From Geosiphon pyriformis uo1 (lineage: Eukaryota; Fungi; Glomeromycota): a DNA stretch of 64,000 bases. Each line of letters starts with the position of its first letter. The first letter of the stretch is position 1. Under the pieces are notes generated by a model, which was not told where the DNA came from, did no database searches, and saw nothing but the letters and a program-made list of their open reading frames with translations. Shown piece by piece: positions 37,530 through 51,144 of this stretch. The DNA lies in contig JAAOMT010000503.1 in NCBI GenBank assembly GCA_016748015.1, positions 1-64,000 of the forward strand. The letters run 5' to 3'. The position numbers were made by a program, and so were the translations under genes.

Positions 37530-38542
37530 TGTTACCAGTAGAATTTTAGCTATTAATTAGCATAAAATTATTCTTATAATTTCTATAATTTATTAGTATA
37601 TTAATATAATTTCAAATTATCATTTATTATTTAATCAATTATCACATATCACGATTCAATTAAAATAATCTAATTAGTATAACAGAAAGTAGAATGATCA
37701 AATTACACAATACCCTGAACTTTGTAACATTCAAAAATTTGCCAAAATTTACAGAAATTTGCCGAAATTTATAAGAAATTCACCGAAATTTACAGAAATT
37801 TGCCGAAATTATGAATAGTTCACCCAAATTAATCAATAGTTCAGCGAAATAACTTGTAATTCATTAAAATGTATCTTTAATTCACCGAAATTTGAGCAAA
37901 GAGAAAAAGTGCAAGTTTATAGACTAGTACTACAACAAGTTGTATAAAAGAAGAGCTTTTCTCTTCTGGAAAATGTATCTTACTTTAGATTTATCTCTTA
38001 AAACTGTTCTTATACACACAAAAAAAAATAAATATCAAATAATTCGAAAAAACCAAATTCTTTAATTATTGTACTTAGAAAATCTCCAAAACCCAACTAA
38101 TATTTCGAAATTGATTAGCTACCAATTTCAGTAAACTGTTAATGACTCCAGGCCTGAATAGAAAACATTTCTCTTAACAAAAATTCTATTTCTTTTATGT
38201 TTTTTTTATTTTTTATTTTTTTTCTTATTACAATCATTAAGGTAGCCTATAGACAAGATTCTTGTAGAAGAGTTGACTTTTACAGCAAAGTAACTATACA
38301 TTTTAGTGAGCTTCCAGACGAGCAATTCCTAAGAAAGAGTTGATGTTTACTACAATATAACTACATAAAGTAACTGGCACAAAATTGGCCATTCCACTTA
38401 TAAGCCCAGCAGTTCAAATTATAAGAGATAATTTGAAGATAAATTCAGTTATTAGAGGTTTAACTACTTCTAGAAAACGTAAATTCACAACAAACAGACA
38501 TTAACAACATTCAAGAAAAGAGACCAAAAATCTCTGATAACA
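37530..38542 (+). repeat. Solo LTR (1013 bp) with 4-bp TSD ACAT
   Basis: TGTTA...TAACA termini; ACAT at 37526-37529 and 38543-38546; excision restores ORF1 NQT|SKGPKIVTKQALGKP in frame; orientation tentative. Confidence 0.88.
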
Positions 38543-40057
38543 ACATCTAAAGGGCCTAAGATAGTCACTAAGCAAGCTTTGGGTAAACCTTTGGGCAAAA
38601 TCAATTTTCTGGGCAGCGATGATGATGACATCCTCTTGGATGGTCCTGTGGTTTTTCTCCTCCCCCTAAAAAACTTGGTCAATATTTCTGTTAGAAAATC
38701 TTTTGCTCTGAACATCAGTTTGGACAATGTTGTTGGGAAATTTACTCAGGAAAAACTTGTGGTGGTCAGAAAATTATTCTCAAAAATAAATGGTTTTGGG
38801 GGGGCTTCTATCCTCTCAAAATTTGCTGGGATCATTAGAGTGTCATTCACTTCTGATTTGAGCTTAGTGCAGGCTTCCAAAAAAGCTGAGAATGTGAAGA
38901 TTTTAGTGAACACTGATCTTAAGAAATCAACTGGTCATTCAAATTGGGCTGTGGTGATAAAAAAAATTCTAGTTGGAACATCAGCTGAGGCTGTGTGTGC
39001 TGTACTGTCCGAATTTAGTATAATTAAGTCAATCAAAATGCAATTAGTGGGGCTGTGACAAAAAGCTGTAGTAGAATTTGAGCAACTGGAGCATACTGAT
39101 TTGGTCACAGCTGAGTGGTCCATCCTGATTGGGAAAGATGCTGTTCATGTGACCAGAGCTGATATTGATAAACAAACATGAGACTCTAGGGATCTGCATA
39201 AAGCACTGCTTTATACTCTTCCTGTAAGAACCAATGCTCATAATATTTGAGATTATATTGGCTCTGTGGGTGGGAAGACTTGTGTGATTGATTGTCATCC
39301 AGTTACATATGCTCAAGCCAGGTGTGCCATTGTTTGTTTTGGGTCAGCTGAATCATTGGATGCTATTATGGACACCACTTCTGTGTTAAAAGGTGTTCAT
39401 CTTCATTGGTCTTGTTTTAGTTCTACTGTGTATGCAGAGTGTAGTAAGGTGGGTCACACCTCTCTGAGCTGTGCCTCTGGTGGGAAAATTTTTTCAGGTG
39501 TCATGTCGGGTTCTTTCAGATGCAGATAAAAGCAAACTGGTGGCCATTTACGCCAAACATTTGGTGCCAGTTTCCTGTCCTGTCTCCTTTGGTGGTGTGT
39601 CATGGGCCAATATTGTTGTTGGGTCTTCCTCTCACTTTCTTTCTGTTTGGAATGGTTTGTTGAATGATGGCTTTTTTTTGGAAATGAAGTCTATCCCACA
39701 AGTGTCTTTGGAGTTGAATGATAGGTTTGCTGCTCTTGAGCGCAGTCTCGCCAGCCTCGCAGAGTGCGTGAATAAGCTGGCTAAGAGGTTGGATGCACTT
39801 GAACCAACAGTTTCTCAGCTTAGCCCTGGATGTCAGCCATTGGTAACCCCTTCATTACAGAATCAAAGGGCAGATATAGTAATGAGTAAGGGTTCAGGTG
39901 TGGCCACTAGTGATGGGACTGTTGCGGGAGTGGTAGTAGTTGACTCTTTGGTTGTCTCAAAATTGAAGGAGATGTTAAATAATCTTTCAGTCATGGTTAT
40001 GAGTCTTTCAGCTAGAATAGACAATGCTGGTTTGGTTCCTACTACTCATTTTTTTCA

Positions 40058-43000
40058 ATGAGTGAGCTGATTTGGAAAGTTGTTACGTGCAATGTTTGTG
40101 GGATAAACAACCCTGCTAAGCAAAATGATGTCATTCATTGGCACAAAGACATGAACAATTTAATTTTTACAGAATCTAAACTTAGAGAAAAAGTTCACCC
40201 CTGAATAACAAACAAGTTCGATGGTGTTCGGGTATTCACTTCTGGTCTAGATTTTGGATATTTGGGTGCAGGTGTTGTGGTCATTATGAACTCTTCTTTG
40301 GCTAGACATGTGTATAAGATCTTTGAGGTGCCTGGTTGGCTCTTTTCTATTAAATTGCTATTTAAAAATAAACTCTCAATGTCAATTTTGGGACTTTATG
40401 CTGGTGCATCTTTGATGGTTCAGTTTTCTTAAGCTGCTGAGATCAATTCTCTCATTGCTAAAGCTGTTAATGAGTCTTTTTTTGTTGTCCTTGGAGGTAA
40501 TTTTAATGAAGATGAGTCTCATAAGAGTACAAGTTTTAAAAAGTGTCTTGATTTGGGGCTAATTAACTCATTAGCTGGAAGCTCATCTGCCAAGATGCTT
40601 ACCTGAGCAAATTCTAGAGGCATTGCAAAAATGATAGATTATGTGTTTGTCTCACTAAACCTGGTCAGTGTAATAGTGTGTGGTGGGATCTCGGATGTTA
40701 GTGAACATTTTAACACTAATCACCAGGCTGTTTCTGTGTCTTTGGGTCTGGATAGACTTTTAAATATGGATTTAAACTCTCTTCACAAGCAGACAAACAG
40801 AAATTGTTGGAAGTTTGACATCAAAAATGCCAATGTGGCTAAATAATGTAAGTTCAGAGATGCTATGGCTGCAAATACTTCTATGTTCTCAGAAAAGTTT
40901 AGTGATGCTATAAGGTATTCAGATCTGGATGCTATGTGGAATATTGTCTGCAAGATTGTAATCTTTTTGGCAGATGGTACATTTAAAAAGAAATGGTTCA
41001 AGAGTTTTAATAGTATTTTTACCAAGAAGTCTTCTAGGTTCTATAAGTTGGAACTGCTGGTTTTTAAGCTGGTCAAAGCTTTGTGTTTAATTTCTAGTAA
41101 TGAGTTTGCCTCTTTGTTGAAGCTGTGGGACAAGCTTGATTTTGATAGTGTGTCGGAGGTGAAGTTTCTGTTTCTTTTGGGTTCTGGTTTTAATGTTATT
41201 CGTTCTGTACTGGCCAAAGTGAGGAAGTCATATCAATTCTTCAAGTTATTGGAATCCAAGTGTGCTGAAGAATCTTTCATCAAGCAAACTATTAACAAGA
41301 GGATGGAAAGTTTTGAATTAAACAAAGGTCATACTATCCAAAGTGTGTTAGAGCATCCTTTTCGCAGAGTGGTCTTGGATCATTTTGTTGTGGGAGAAGA
41401 GTTAATTTTAGAGTCTAATTTGGTTAAATCTAGGGTGGATAAGATTATGGAGGGATGGACCAAGAAACACAGGGTGATATTTGACATATCTAATGATTGG
41501 GCTCACCAATATCAGCCTCTGAATTATGTGTTTAATAAAGTCTTCTCTGATGTCATGTGTTCAATTGGTTTTGATGAAATATATGTCATTGTTTCGAATC
41601 TTCCTGATAAAAAAGCTGCAGGCCTTTCTGGCATATTTAATGAATTGTGGAAGCATTGTGATAAGTCAGTCTTGGATATGCTCCTAGCACTCTTGAACTC
41701 TTGTTTGAATAGTGAATCAGTTCCTGGACCTTAGAAGGAAGCTTGGGTTTCGATGATTTCCAAACCATATGAATGGGAAGGTGTTCTCATAAATACCTGT
41801 CCTATTGTTCTGATTGAAACGGCCCACAAGATTCTTTTCAAAGTTCTTTCAAATAGAATTTTTTCGGCTTGTAGCACCTTTGACATTCTTTGTGAAGACA
41901 ATTTTTCTGTTTTAAAAGACACAAAAATGCAATCTTCTATTTTCGCCATTGGTTTTGTGGTTAAAGATGTCTTGGAGAAGAACTGAGAACTTTGGCTAGT
42001 TTTACAAGACATACACAAAGCTTATGACTCAGTTGGTTGGAAACATCTCAAGAGGAGTCTGGTCAGAATCAAAATATGTGACAAGTTTATTAGATTTTTT
42101 GGTAGTATTCACAATGGTCATGTCAACAGAGTGATGATGGACTTTGGTTTGACTGATGGGTATCTAGTTCATGATGGGCTGAACCAGAGAGAAGTTTTCT
42201 CGCCTCTTTTTTGGTGTATATTCTACAATTCACTTTTATGTGAGATTAAAAAACAGAAGAATATGAGTGATTACAGATTGAATTCCCATTTTATCTCCAA
42301 AAATGGTCAGGTAGATCCTCAGGCTGGGTTCACTTCTTTTCTCATTGCCAGTGCTTTTGTAGATAATATGATTTGAATTGGTAACAGCCAGGCTGCTACC
42401 CAACACATTTTTGATGTTGCTAGTGAATTTTTCAGGTTTAATAACATTTCCATAAACACCAACAAAATGGTGGCCATCCCTATCAACTGTCAGGTTACAA
42501 ACCCCAATCTGACTATTTGTGGCTCACCTATTTCTATTGCCAAAAGAAGAAAATTTCACCAATATTTGGGTATCTTCTTATTAACTGATGACTTGTCGAA
42601 GTCCAGCTTGGCTAAGACTCATTCAGATGTATGGTTCTTTATGAATCTTGTTTTGAGGAAGGCGGTTTTGGACAAACAGTTTGTGTATTTGGTATCTGCT
42701 GTCCTTTTTTCGATTATTTGTTACAGGACTCAGTTCAGTTATGTTCCTTTCAGTGTGTGTGATAAGTGGAATGCCATGGTTCACAAGGGCTTGAAGTCGA
42801 AGTCTGGACTCCTGCTTGATTTTTCCAGTGATGCACTTTATCATCCCTCTTTGTATGGTCTAAAAACTTTTAAACAGATTCAGGCTGAGAGCAAGTCAGC
42901 TTCTGTCATCTTATTTGCAAATTTTGCTGGGATTTTAGGCTGTTTATTCTCTTACAGATCTTATGATCTCCAGGTTTTTAGTTGGTGGCCCCAATACCCA

Positions 43001-44740
43001 CTGCAGTTTCCAGCTCATATTAGTGTTTGTTCTTCAAATAATTTTTTAGCCAGGGTGGTCCATGTTTTTTCTGGATGTGATTTGTCTCTGGACAATTCTC
43101 TGGCTGGTGCTTTTCATTTTTATGGTGACACTTCTATGTCTCTTGTTCTTGGTAAGCATTATTTCTTCAAATGTGTCTCTTCTCTCTGTCACTATAGTAT
43201 TGCTTTTATGGAGCAACTCTGTAACCAAAATGGAGTTGTTTTTATTTAGAAGACTTTTAAGAGGTGAAAGTGGTTGGATCCATATGGCCCAGTTCCTGTA
43301 TGGTTTAAGACTTCTGTCTGCTTTCTTGATGGTGTAATGTCTCCTCCTGTTAGCTTGCTGCTTGTGAATGTTTGTGCTTCTTCCGATATTTTGCAGTCTC
43401 ATGTGTTTGATTTTATTGGCAAAAGTTTGTTGCGTGTTGATGTTGCTCATCTTTCTGTGTTCACGGATGGATCTTTAAGTGGCTTGAGGACTCTTAATAT
43501 GAAGGCTGGTGCTGCTGCATATTTTAAAGATGTGGATTTGGGTTTGGGAGTTAAGGTTTCTGGTTTGGTTTCATCTACAATAGTGGAGTTGCAGGCAATT
43601 GCTTTGGCTCTCGAATGTGTTCTCCCCTCTTGTTCAGTCAATCTGTTCTCGGATAGCCAGACAGCTTTGAATGCATGCAGATCTGAATCTTCTTTATTCA
43701 GACCAAACTTCAGGAATCAGTGTTGGGTTGAACACTACCATATAGTAAATATCATTTGTCAGAAAAATTTAGATGTTAATTGGGTTAAAGTCAAGAGACA
43801 CTCAGGTGTTTTGGACAATAAGCAAGCTGATGGTTTTGCTAAGGCTGCGGCTCTGTTGGATTGGCGCTTGCCACATTTGGTTAATGAACACTTTTTGAAG
43901 ACTGGTGATACTGTGGTTTTTGGTAATTTTAGACATTTTGTTTGTGATATTTTCTGGTCAGTTCTTTGTGCATGTTGGAAGGTTGGTTTTGGTTCCCAGG
44001 TTGTGACTAATTGTTTTCATGCTGATATTGATTGGTCCAGGTTGTTTTTGGTTTGGCACCCAGATTTCCACCTGGCTGCTGGCTTTACTAGTTTGCGAAC
44101 TACTGACATCTGTTCATATTTTATAAAGGCTTTGCACTGCCAGCTCCCAGTTGCTGTGCACAAGCATCTTTATAATAAGTATTATCCTAGTGTATTATGT
44201 TTGTTTTGTGGAGATGTTGAGGTTTTGGACCATGTTTTTTTTTGCTTATTTGATGCTGATGATCAGGCTTGTTTAATAAATGCTTATGCCTCTGCTTAGG
44301 AGATGTGTTCTGAGTTGTCTCATTTGTTCTTGTGTGTTTCACAGTTGCTGGCTACTTGTGCTTCTGATGCAGCTATTTGTACTGCTCTGTGTAAAAGCTT
44401 TGTTTTCATTAGTTGGTTTAATAAGGCTGTTTCTGTTTTCAAAGATTCTAAGGTTGCAAGTCTAAATGTTGCTAATTTTGTGCACAATTTGTGCATCGCT
44501 TTCTGGGAAGATTTTTGGCTAGTCCACACCAAGCACTGGGCTTTTATGGAAAAAAGAGGGCTAATCCCACATGATGGCTCCATTTCTGCCTCAATTTCTG
44601 GTCCTCTTTTGGTGCTTTCATCTGGTATTGTTAGATTGCTGGGTATTGTCAAAGCATATGGTGTGGGTTTTGGGTTTTGTAAATCTTGTCTTTTCTTTTC
44701 AGGTATCAGGGACATAGTTTCTGTTCATATAGGTGTTTAG
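40058..44740 (+). pseudogene. LINE ORF2 pseudogene (copy C)
   Basis: MSELIWKVVTCNV..; FVDN; FTDGS; CLFCGDVEVLDHVF; multiple nonsense codons. Confidence 0.9.
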
Positions 44741-44989
44741 TGTTGTTTTGATTGGTCTGAGTGGCTAGTCACGTGTAGAAAATGCATGATTTATACTTAG
44801 TTTAGATTATTTGTATGAAGTATAGTATTAGGTTGCATTTGAACTTTACTTGTTAAAATAAAAAAAAAACAATTAAAATAAAAAAAATTTTTTTTAGATA
44901 ATTACAAATTATATATATAAACAGTAATATTTTAATTTTATTTAATAATAAAATTTTTAAATAAAATTTTTTTAAATTATTTTTCTTAA

Positions 44990-45770
44990 ATAAAATTCAC
45001 AGTAAGTTTTTGTTCTTATTTTATAAAAACTTTGTATTGTTATTTGCTTATTGCTATTTAAAAATAGTTATATTATAAAAAATATTATAATGTTTTATGT
45101 TTTTATTGTAAGAAAATTAAATTTTTTGATTATTTTTTCATGTAAAATAAATTTTAATGTTTAAAAAAAATTGTTAAAAATATGTGTTGTTTTGTAAAAA
45201 TTAATATTAAATCTGTATTTATTATTAATTTGTATTTTATAGCTGTTTTTTTTATGTATATTTAATAATATATTATATACTGCTTTATACAAAGATTTTG
45301 TTTTTAAAAAATAATATTTAAAAGTTTTATTTGTTTTTAGTAATATTAAAATTGTTGTTGATAAGATTATAAACTTGTTATGTAATTTGAAAATAAGTTA
45401 CTATAATAGAATATAATTAATTTGATTCAGATTTAAAATATTTTTAAAAAAAAATAATTTAATATTTTGTAATAATTTGGTGTTTTTTGTTGTTTGTAAT
45501 CTATTATTATTGCTTTTTAATAGTATTATAAAGTTTTTTAGAATTGTTAAAATATTTGGTATTTATTTTGGTTTATATAAAATATATATATATTTTTTAA
45601 TATTAATTATAATGTTTTTATTAAGATAAATTTGTAGTATTGTTTTAATTGGTCTAAGTAACTGATTATATATAGAAAATATATAATTTATACTTAGTTT
45701 AAATTATTTAGTTTAATGTATTATACTAAGTAGTATTTGAATCTTATTTATTAAAATAAAAATAAAAAAA
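44990..45770 (+). mobile_element. Degenerate LINE 3' fragment with tail
   Basis: SYFIKTLYCYLLIA..VLCFYC matches the ORF2 C-terminus; 45640-45770 matches the 3' UTR and ends in an A-run. Confidence 0.7.
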
Positions 45771-46949
45771 TATTTAATATTTAATAAAATATATTAGCCA
45801 ATTATATATTAAAGTTAGTAAAATAATATATTATTAAAAAGTTTAAAAATATTAATAATAATATTAATAATAATTAAGAAAAAGAATAAAAATATTTAAA
45901 AATACCAGAATATTTTATATTATTAAAAAGATATATATATAAAAATAGTATTAAAAATAAAAAGCCATTTTTAATTTTACTTTAACAAATTAGTTTAAGT
46001 TTTATTTACTTAAATAATTTTAAAAATTTCACTTTTTAAATTAATAAAAATTATTAAATAAAAATCAAAAAAATTACATAATATTTATTTTATTTAAATT
46101 GCTTTTTAAACAATTAATATTAAAAAAAACATACAAAAATTTTAATATATTAAAAACAATAATTTTTAATTATAATTATTAACAAATATGATTTTTTATT
46201 TTTTTATTTTGTTTATTTATTTATTTATTTTGTTAAACTAATTAATTAAAAAATAAATATTAAAATTATAATATTATAGATAATCTGATAAAAAATACAA
46301 AAATAGACATAAAATTAATTTATTAATAATTAAATAATTTATTAAAAAAAAAATATATTGATTGTTATATTATTAAAAAATTTTATTATTTTTTAATATT
46401 ATTAATGCCAAATTATTATTTATTTAGTTGTTAATAAAAATTATTAAATTTTTAATAAGCTTATATATTTTCAAAATATTTTTTATATTTTGAATTATTT
46501 GTATTGTTAAACTTAAAATAAAATGATCAATTTTATGTTAATTGTTTTTTTTTTAATATTTTATAAGTGAAACCCAAATACCACCTAATACATTAATTAT
46601 TTAAAATAGTTATTTTATAGTAAAAATTAAATTTTTTATAAAAATTTTTAACTATAAACTTTTTAATAGTATATAGTTATTTTGCTATAAAAATCAACTT
46701 TTTTACAAAAAATTTCAACTGTAAACAACTTAATAATATAAAAAAATAAAATAAAAATAAAAATATATAAAGAAAATATTTTTTGTTTAAGTTTAGAATT
46801 AACTAAGTTGTTATTAAAATTGGTAGTTAATTAATTTTAAAATATTTGTCAAAATTTATAAATTTTAACCAATTTTATTTTATTTGTAATATCTAATTAA
46901 TTAATATATTTTATTTAAAGTAAAATATATTTTTTTAAAAAAAAAAGCC

Positions 46950-47180
46950 TTTTGGTTTTTTTTGGTTTAAAATTAATTATCAAAAACAATATTAAGCTTT
47001 TTTATATAAAATTTACATCTTAAGTTTTTTTAAATATTATTATATAAATTAAATTTATTAAATTATTATTATTATTATTTAACTTTTAAAATTGCAAAAT
47101 TTTTTGTGGTTTTTATATTTAATTTTGTTTTATTGTTATTATTTTTTATAATGTTTTTTTAAAACTATTATAAATAATAT
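46950..47180 (+). mobile_element. Degenerate relic related to the ORF1-only element (recognisable core only)
   Basis: AAAAACAATATTAAGCTTTTTTATATAAAATTTACATCTTAA aligns without gaps to AAAGACAATATGAAGCTTTTCTGTATGGAGTTTGCTTCTCAA (minus strand, ~25805-25850); a second block (CTTTTAAAATTGCAAAATTT) is also colinear. Confidence 0.62.
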
Positions 47181-49060
47181 TAATAAGGATTAATATTTTT
47201 TTTTAATTAAAAAAATAATTGATTCAAAAAATAATTTTAAAACCAAACTAATAAATTTTTATTTGGTTATATTGCTTTTAAAATTAATAAGCCGGTTTTT
47301 TAAATATATAATTACTATTTGCTTTATTTTTTAATTTTTTAATTCTGTTTAATAATTAAAAAACTTTAATTAATAGTGTTGTTTTAAGTATTAAGATTTA
47401 AATTATTTCGTTTTAAATTATAAGATATTTCTGTTTTTTTTTTTAAGATTTTGACAAAATTTGTAATTGATTACAAATTTTTACAAGTTGTTTTATTAAT
47501 ATAAAATTATATATAAAAGCTACTGTTTTTTTGGTTATTTTTAAAAAAAACTGTTTAAAAATGTTAATTTTAAGAAAATATAATATAAATAGATTATTTA
47601 ATAATAATATGTTTAATATTAATTTAAAAATATTTTAATAAAAATATTTTGCTAAAATAATAATTTTTTAGAAGTTTTAAGCTTTTAATATTAAATTTAA
47701 ATACAAATAAACCTATTATATAATTAACTAATTTGGTTTTTAATAATAATAATAATAATAATAATAATATAAAAAATTCATATTTAATAAATCTGCTTTA
47801 ATAAATTTAATTTAAATTAACTTAAATAATTAGTTATATATAAAAAACACATGAATTATAAGATTTTAAAATAACAAATTTTTTAAATATTATTATATAA
47901 ATTAAATTTGTTAAATTACTTTTTTTATTATTTTAAAAATTGTAAAATCTGTTAAAATTTTTTAAATGTGTTGTTATTATATTTTGTAATAATTTATTTT
48001 AATATATTTTTAAAATATTTTATAAAATTGTTATTTTTTAATTTAAGTTTTAATAATTTGTAATAATATTATATTATTTAATTTAAAAATCAGTCTTGTT
48101 AACTTTAATTTTTTAAAAAAAACAATTTTAAAATTTTTTTAAATTAAATTAATTATTTTGGTTATATGTAAAATAATATATAAACTGTATTTAATTTAAA
48201 GCTTTTAATTATATTATACTCATTAATATAAAAAAAATTATTGTTTTAAAAAACATTTTGGTTATAAATAATAATATTGCAAATGTTAAAGTTTAAAAAA
48301 ATAAAAAAAACTTGTTTTTTTAAATACTTAAATTTAGAATTTAGCTTTAGTTAAAAAAATTTTTATTTGTTATTTTTTAAAAATATAAAGTTCTTTTAAA
48401 ATACTTATTTGTTAATTGTAATAATATATTTAACAATATATTAAAACATATTTTTTTTAATAAAATTAAGAATACTGTAAAAATTTTAATCAACACTTTT
48501 AAGTATTTTCTAAATTTAAAATAATTTTAATATAATTATAGCTTATTGAATTAAAAAAAACCTATGTTAAATATTTAAAACTATTAAGACTAAATTTAGC
48601 AATAATTAGGTTTAATCTTAACATATGTTTAAACATATATATATATATATATTGTAACTTGTTGGATCACACTTTGTTAAAACATTTCAAATATTTTTGC
48701 GAATTTCAAATCGATTCAAGATAAAAAATAAAAAATTAAATTTTATTGAATTGCCAAAAAATTGTTCTATAAACATTTGCTATTTTGACAAAATGTATTT
48801 GCACATTTTTTAAGATTCAAATATCTTTTTTTAGGATTCTATAAAGCAATTACAGAAAAATAAAATTATAAAAAATCTTTCTAATTACTCTTTGACACGA
48901 AAACCTAAAAACCAGATTTCTGATTCTTTACATAACAATTGTCCAGAATTTATCATAAAAACCCTTCAATATGTCCTTGAACAGGGGATCAAAAAATGCC
49001 CGATTCTGCAGCAAATTCTACTTTAGCGATTGTTCCTCAAAATGTTCGATTTAGCCGAAT

Positions 49061-49945
49061 TTATCTAGTTTTTTGCCCTATTGGCATGTTGGTGATATTT
49101 TCATCTTCTCTGAAAACCTTTTTGCCCTTTTTTAATTTGGGCTTAAGTGATTCTGTAAATCGGGGAAAGGAAAAGAATAAAGATTAATAAATATAAAGAA
49201 TGGAGATAAAATAAAAGGTTCACATCATTGGAGAGATACTAACTCTGGAGATTTTTTCCTCTTAGCTCAGTATCCAAATTTTTTAAGGGTTTATCAAAAT
49301 CTTGCCCCAGGGGCTCTGCACTTTCGTCTTCATGTTCCGGGTTGACTTTTTTGCGCCAAATCTTGGTATTCTTGATGGGTAGTTTGATAACTTTTGATTG
49401 TATTGTGGTTTGCCTTATAATGTTTGTTCCAAAATCGCACAATTTTTTAGGCTTCTTATAATTGTGTTCGGATTCAATCTGATCCTCTTGATCGGATTCA
49501 TGCTTGGTACGCTTAAGACAATTTTTCCGAGGCCTTAAGGTGGTAACTGTGGGTGTTTGAAGAAGAGTTGTTTGTTTTTTGTCCAACCCGACAAATCTTT
49601 CACAGATCTCTGCCCATTTGTCTGCTTCAGCCAAAATATGATAATCAAATACTTCATTCCATTCTTTTCCAACATCCGACACGTTTACTAGAATTGCATG
49701 TCCTCCCTTCTCATGGACTGCTTGAGCCACCTTTTTTATTAAATTTTTTAGTCCATAGACTTTAAGACTGGTCCCGAGTACTAGCAAAAAATCTGGCTTC
49801 TTCTTGAGATCAGCTTGAATACACTTTTGAACATGTGTTCCACGGCCATAATCCTCAATATCATTATAAAGCGTTATGTTGGGTTGTAAAGCTCCAACTT
49901 GATGTCGTCGTTTCCCTTGCGCTTTTCTTGTTGTCTCTTATATTG

Positions 49946-49980
<35 letters not shown>

Positions 49981-50685
49981 AAAATTCTCTCGTTAATAAT
50001 TATCAAAGGGCATATAATTAAATAAAGCCAAGACTCAGTCTACGCTCCTACCACGTATTTCGCATTCCGGACATGTCGGAGGTTCACCACTTTTGAAAAT
50101 GTCTGTGTGTTCATTTGTGAACTGAGTTGTATACCTGCAAATGTTGCAGAATACCTCGGCCATATTTCCATGCAGTTGAACGGCTTCAAGGCCAATGATT
50201 GCCTCTAAATTATCTACATTTTGAGTATAATAACGTAATAGTGTCTTGTTTTCAGCGAGACGTTTGAAAAAACAGTGTGCTTTGGTCGGTTGGGCGTATG
50301 TGATTACGTTCCGTAGTTCCCCCATAAATGTGTAGAAAATCTTTGCCGTTCTATGGTTATTCAAGGAGACTCTATCAAAAAGCTGTTGGCCAGTGATTTT
50401 TTCGTTAGGAAAGCGTCTTTTGATCAGTTCGTGCAGCCCGTCTTTTGATCGGAAATCCTGTTTCAAAGACAAATTAAGTTGAGGAAAAAAGACCAAAAGT
50501 AAAAATAAAAAGGCGCGCGTCTTTTTTCTTTTACAATTTTCTAATCAAGACAACGGAATTACCGGAATTCCAGAACCGGTCGAAACACCTGCTCCAGTAA
50601 CAATGATAATTTTTTTTGCACGATTAAGCAACCAAGAAAGTTCTTGGATTGTTTTATGGTTCTCGACAAGGGTTAATTTCTCCAT
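49061..50685 (-). CDS. NAD-dependent deacetylase, sirtuin class I (HST3/HST4-like), 3-4 exons
   Basis: TGAGVSTGSGIP/DFRS, YTQNVDNLE, QLHG, CxxC..CxxC zinc site, LQPNITLY, LVLGTSLKVYG; last exon (49061-49152) is tentative, with an alternative stop at 49239. Confidence 0.88.
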
Positions 50686-51144
50686 AACAATTCAGTAAAA
50701 AAAATTATTTTTAAAAGTTATACGAATAAAGGTACGAACTGATAGCGTGGTAGTGTGGTAGTTGAATAGTTTTAGTTTTTCTTTAGAGGGATAAATAGTT
50801 CTACGAAAGCAAAAGTGCCACGAGAAGGTATCCTGCGAGGAAGTTAGTTAGCAATAGACAGGACGCGTCTTGAAATTTATTCAAGTTCCATAATACAGAA
50901 AATAATGCTAGACGATCTTTCAGATTATCGATATCGTTAGCCTAATTATTATTTATCGTTTTTTATTGAATAAGAGGTGCAAAAGGTTTTGTTTACAGAA
51001 TTCCTGTATACCCAATTAATATGACTAGTTAAACCAACAAAATGAGCCAATAGTTAAATGAATTAATAAAGAGGCTCAAAATTTCCCGGTTAAAAATAAT
51101 TACAAGAGTATAATAATTTTTTGAATCATTCACTCATTTAGAAA

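Larger units (their letters stand above)
37110..44886 (+). mobile_element. Full-length LINE, copy C (ORF1 with RRMs, knuckle and coiled coil; ORF2 APE-RT-RNaseH-CCHC; poly(A)), with a solo LTR in ORF1
   Basis: ORF1 37262-40061; ORF2 40058-44740 colinear with copy A; 3' UTR 44741-44856 similar to copy A, followed by an A-rich tail; 5' end approximate. Confidence 0.92.

Noticed and set aside
37730-37895. CRISPR-like repeat array
   Set aside because: Units are ~10 bp without unique spacers and lie inside a eukaryotic LTR
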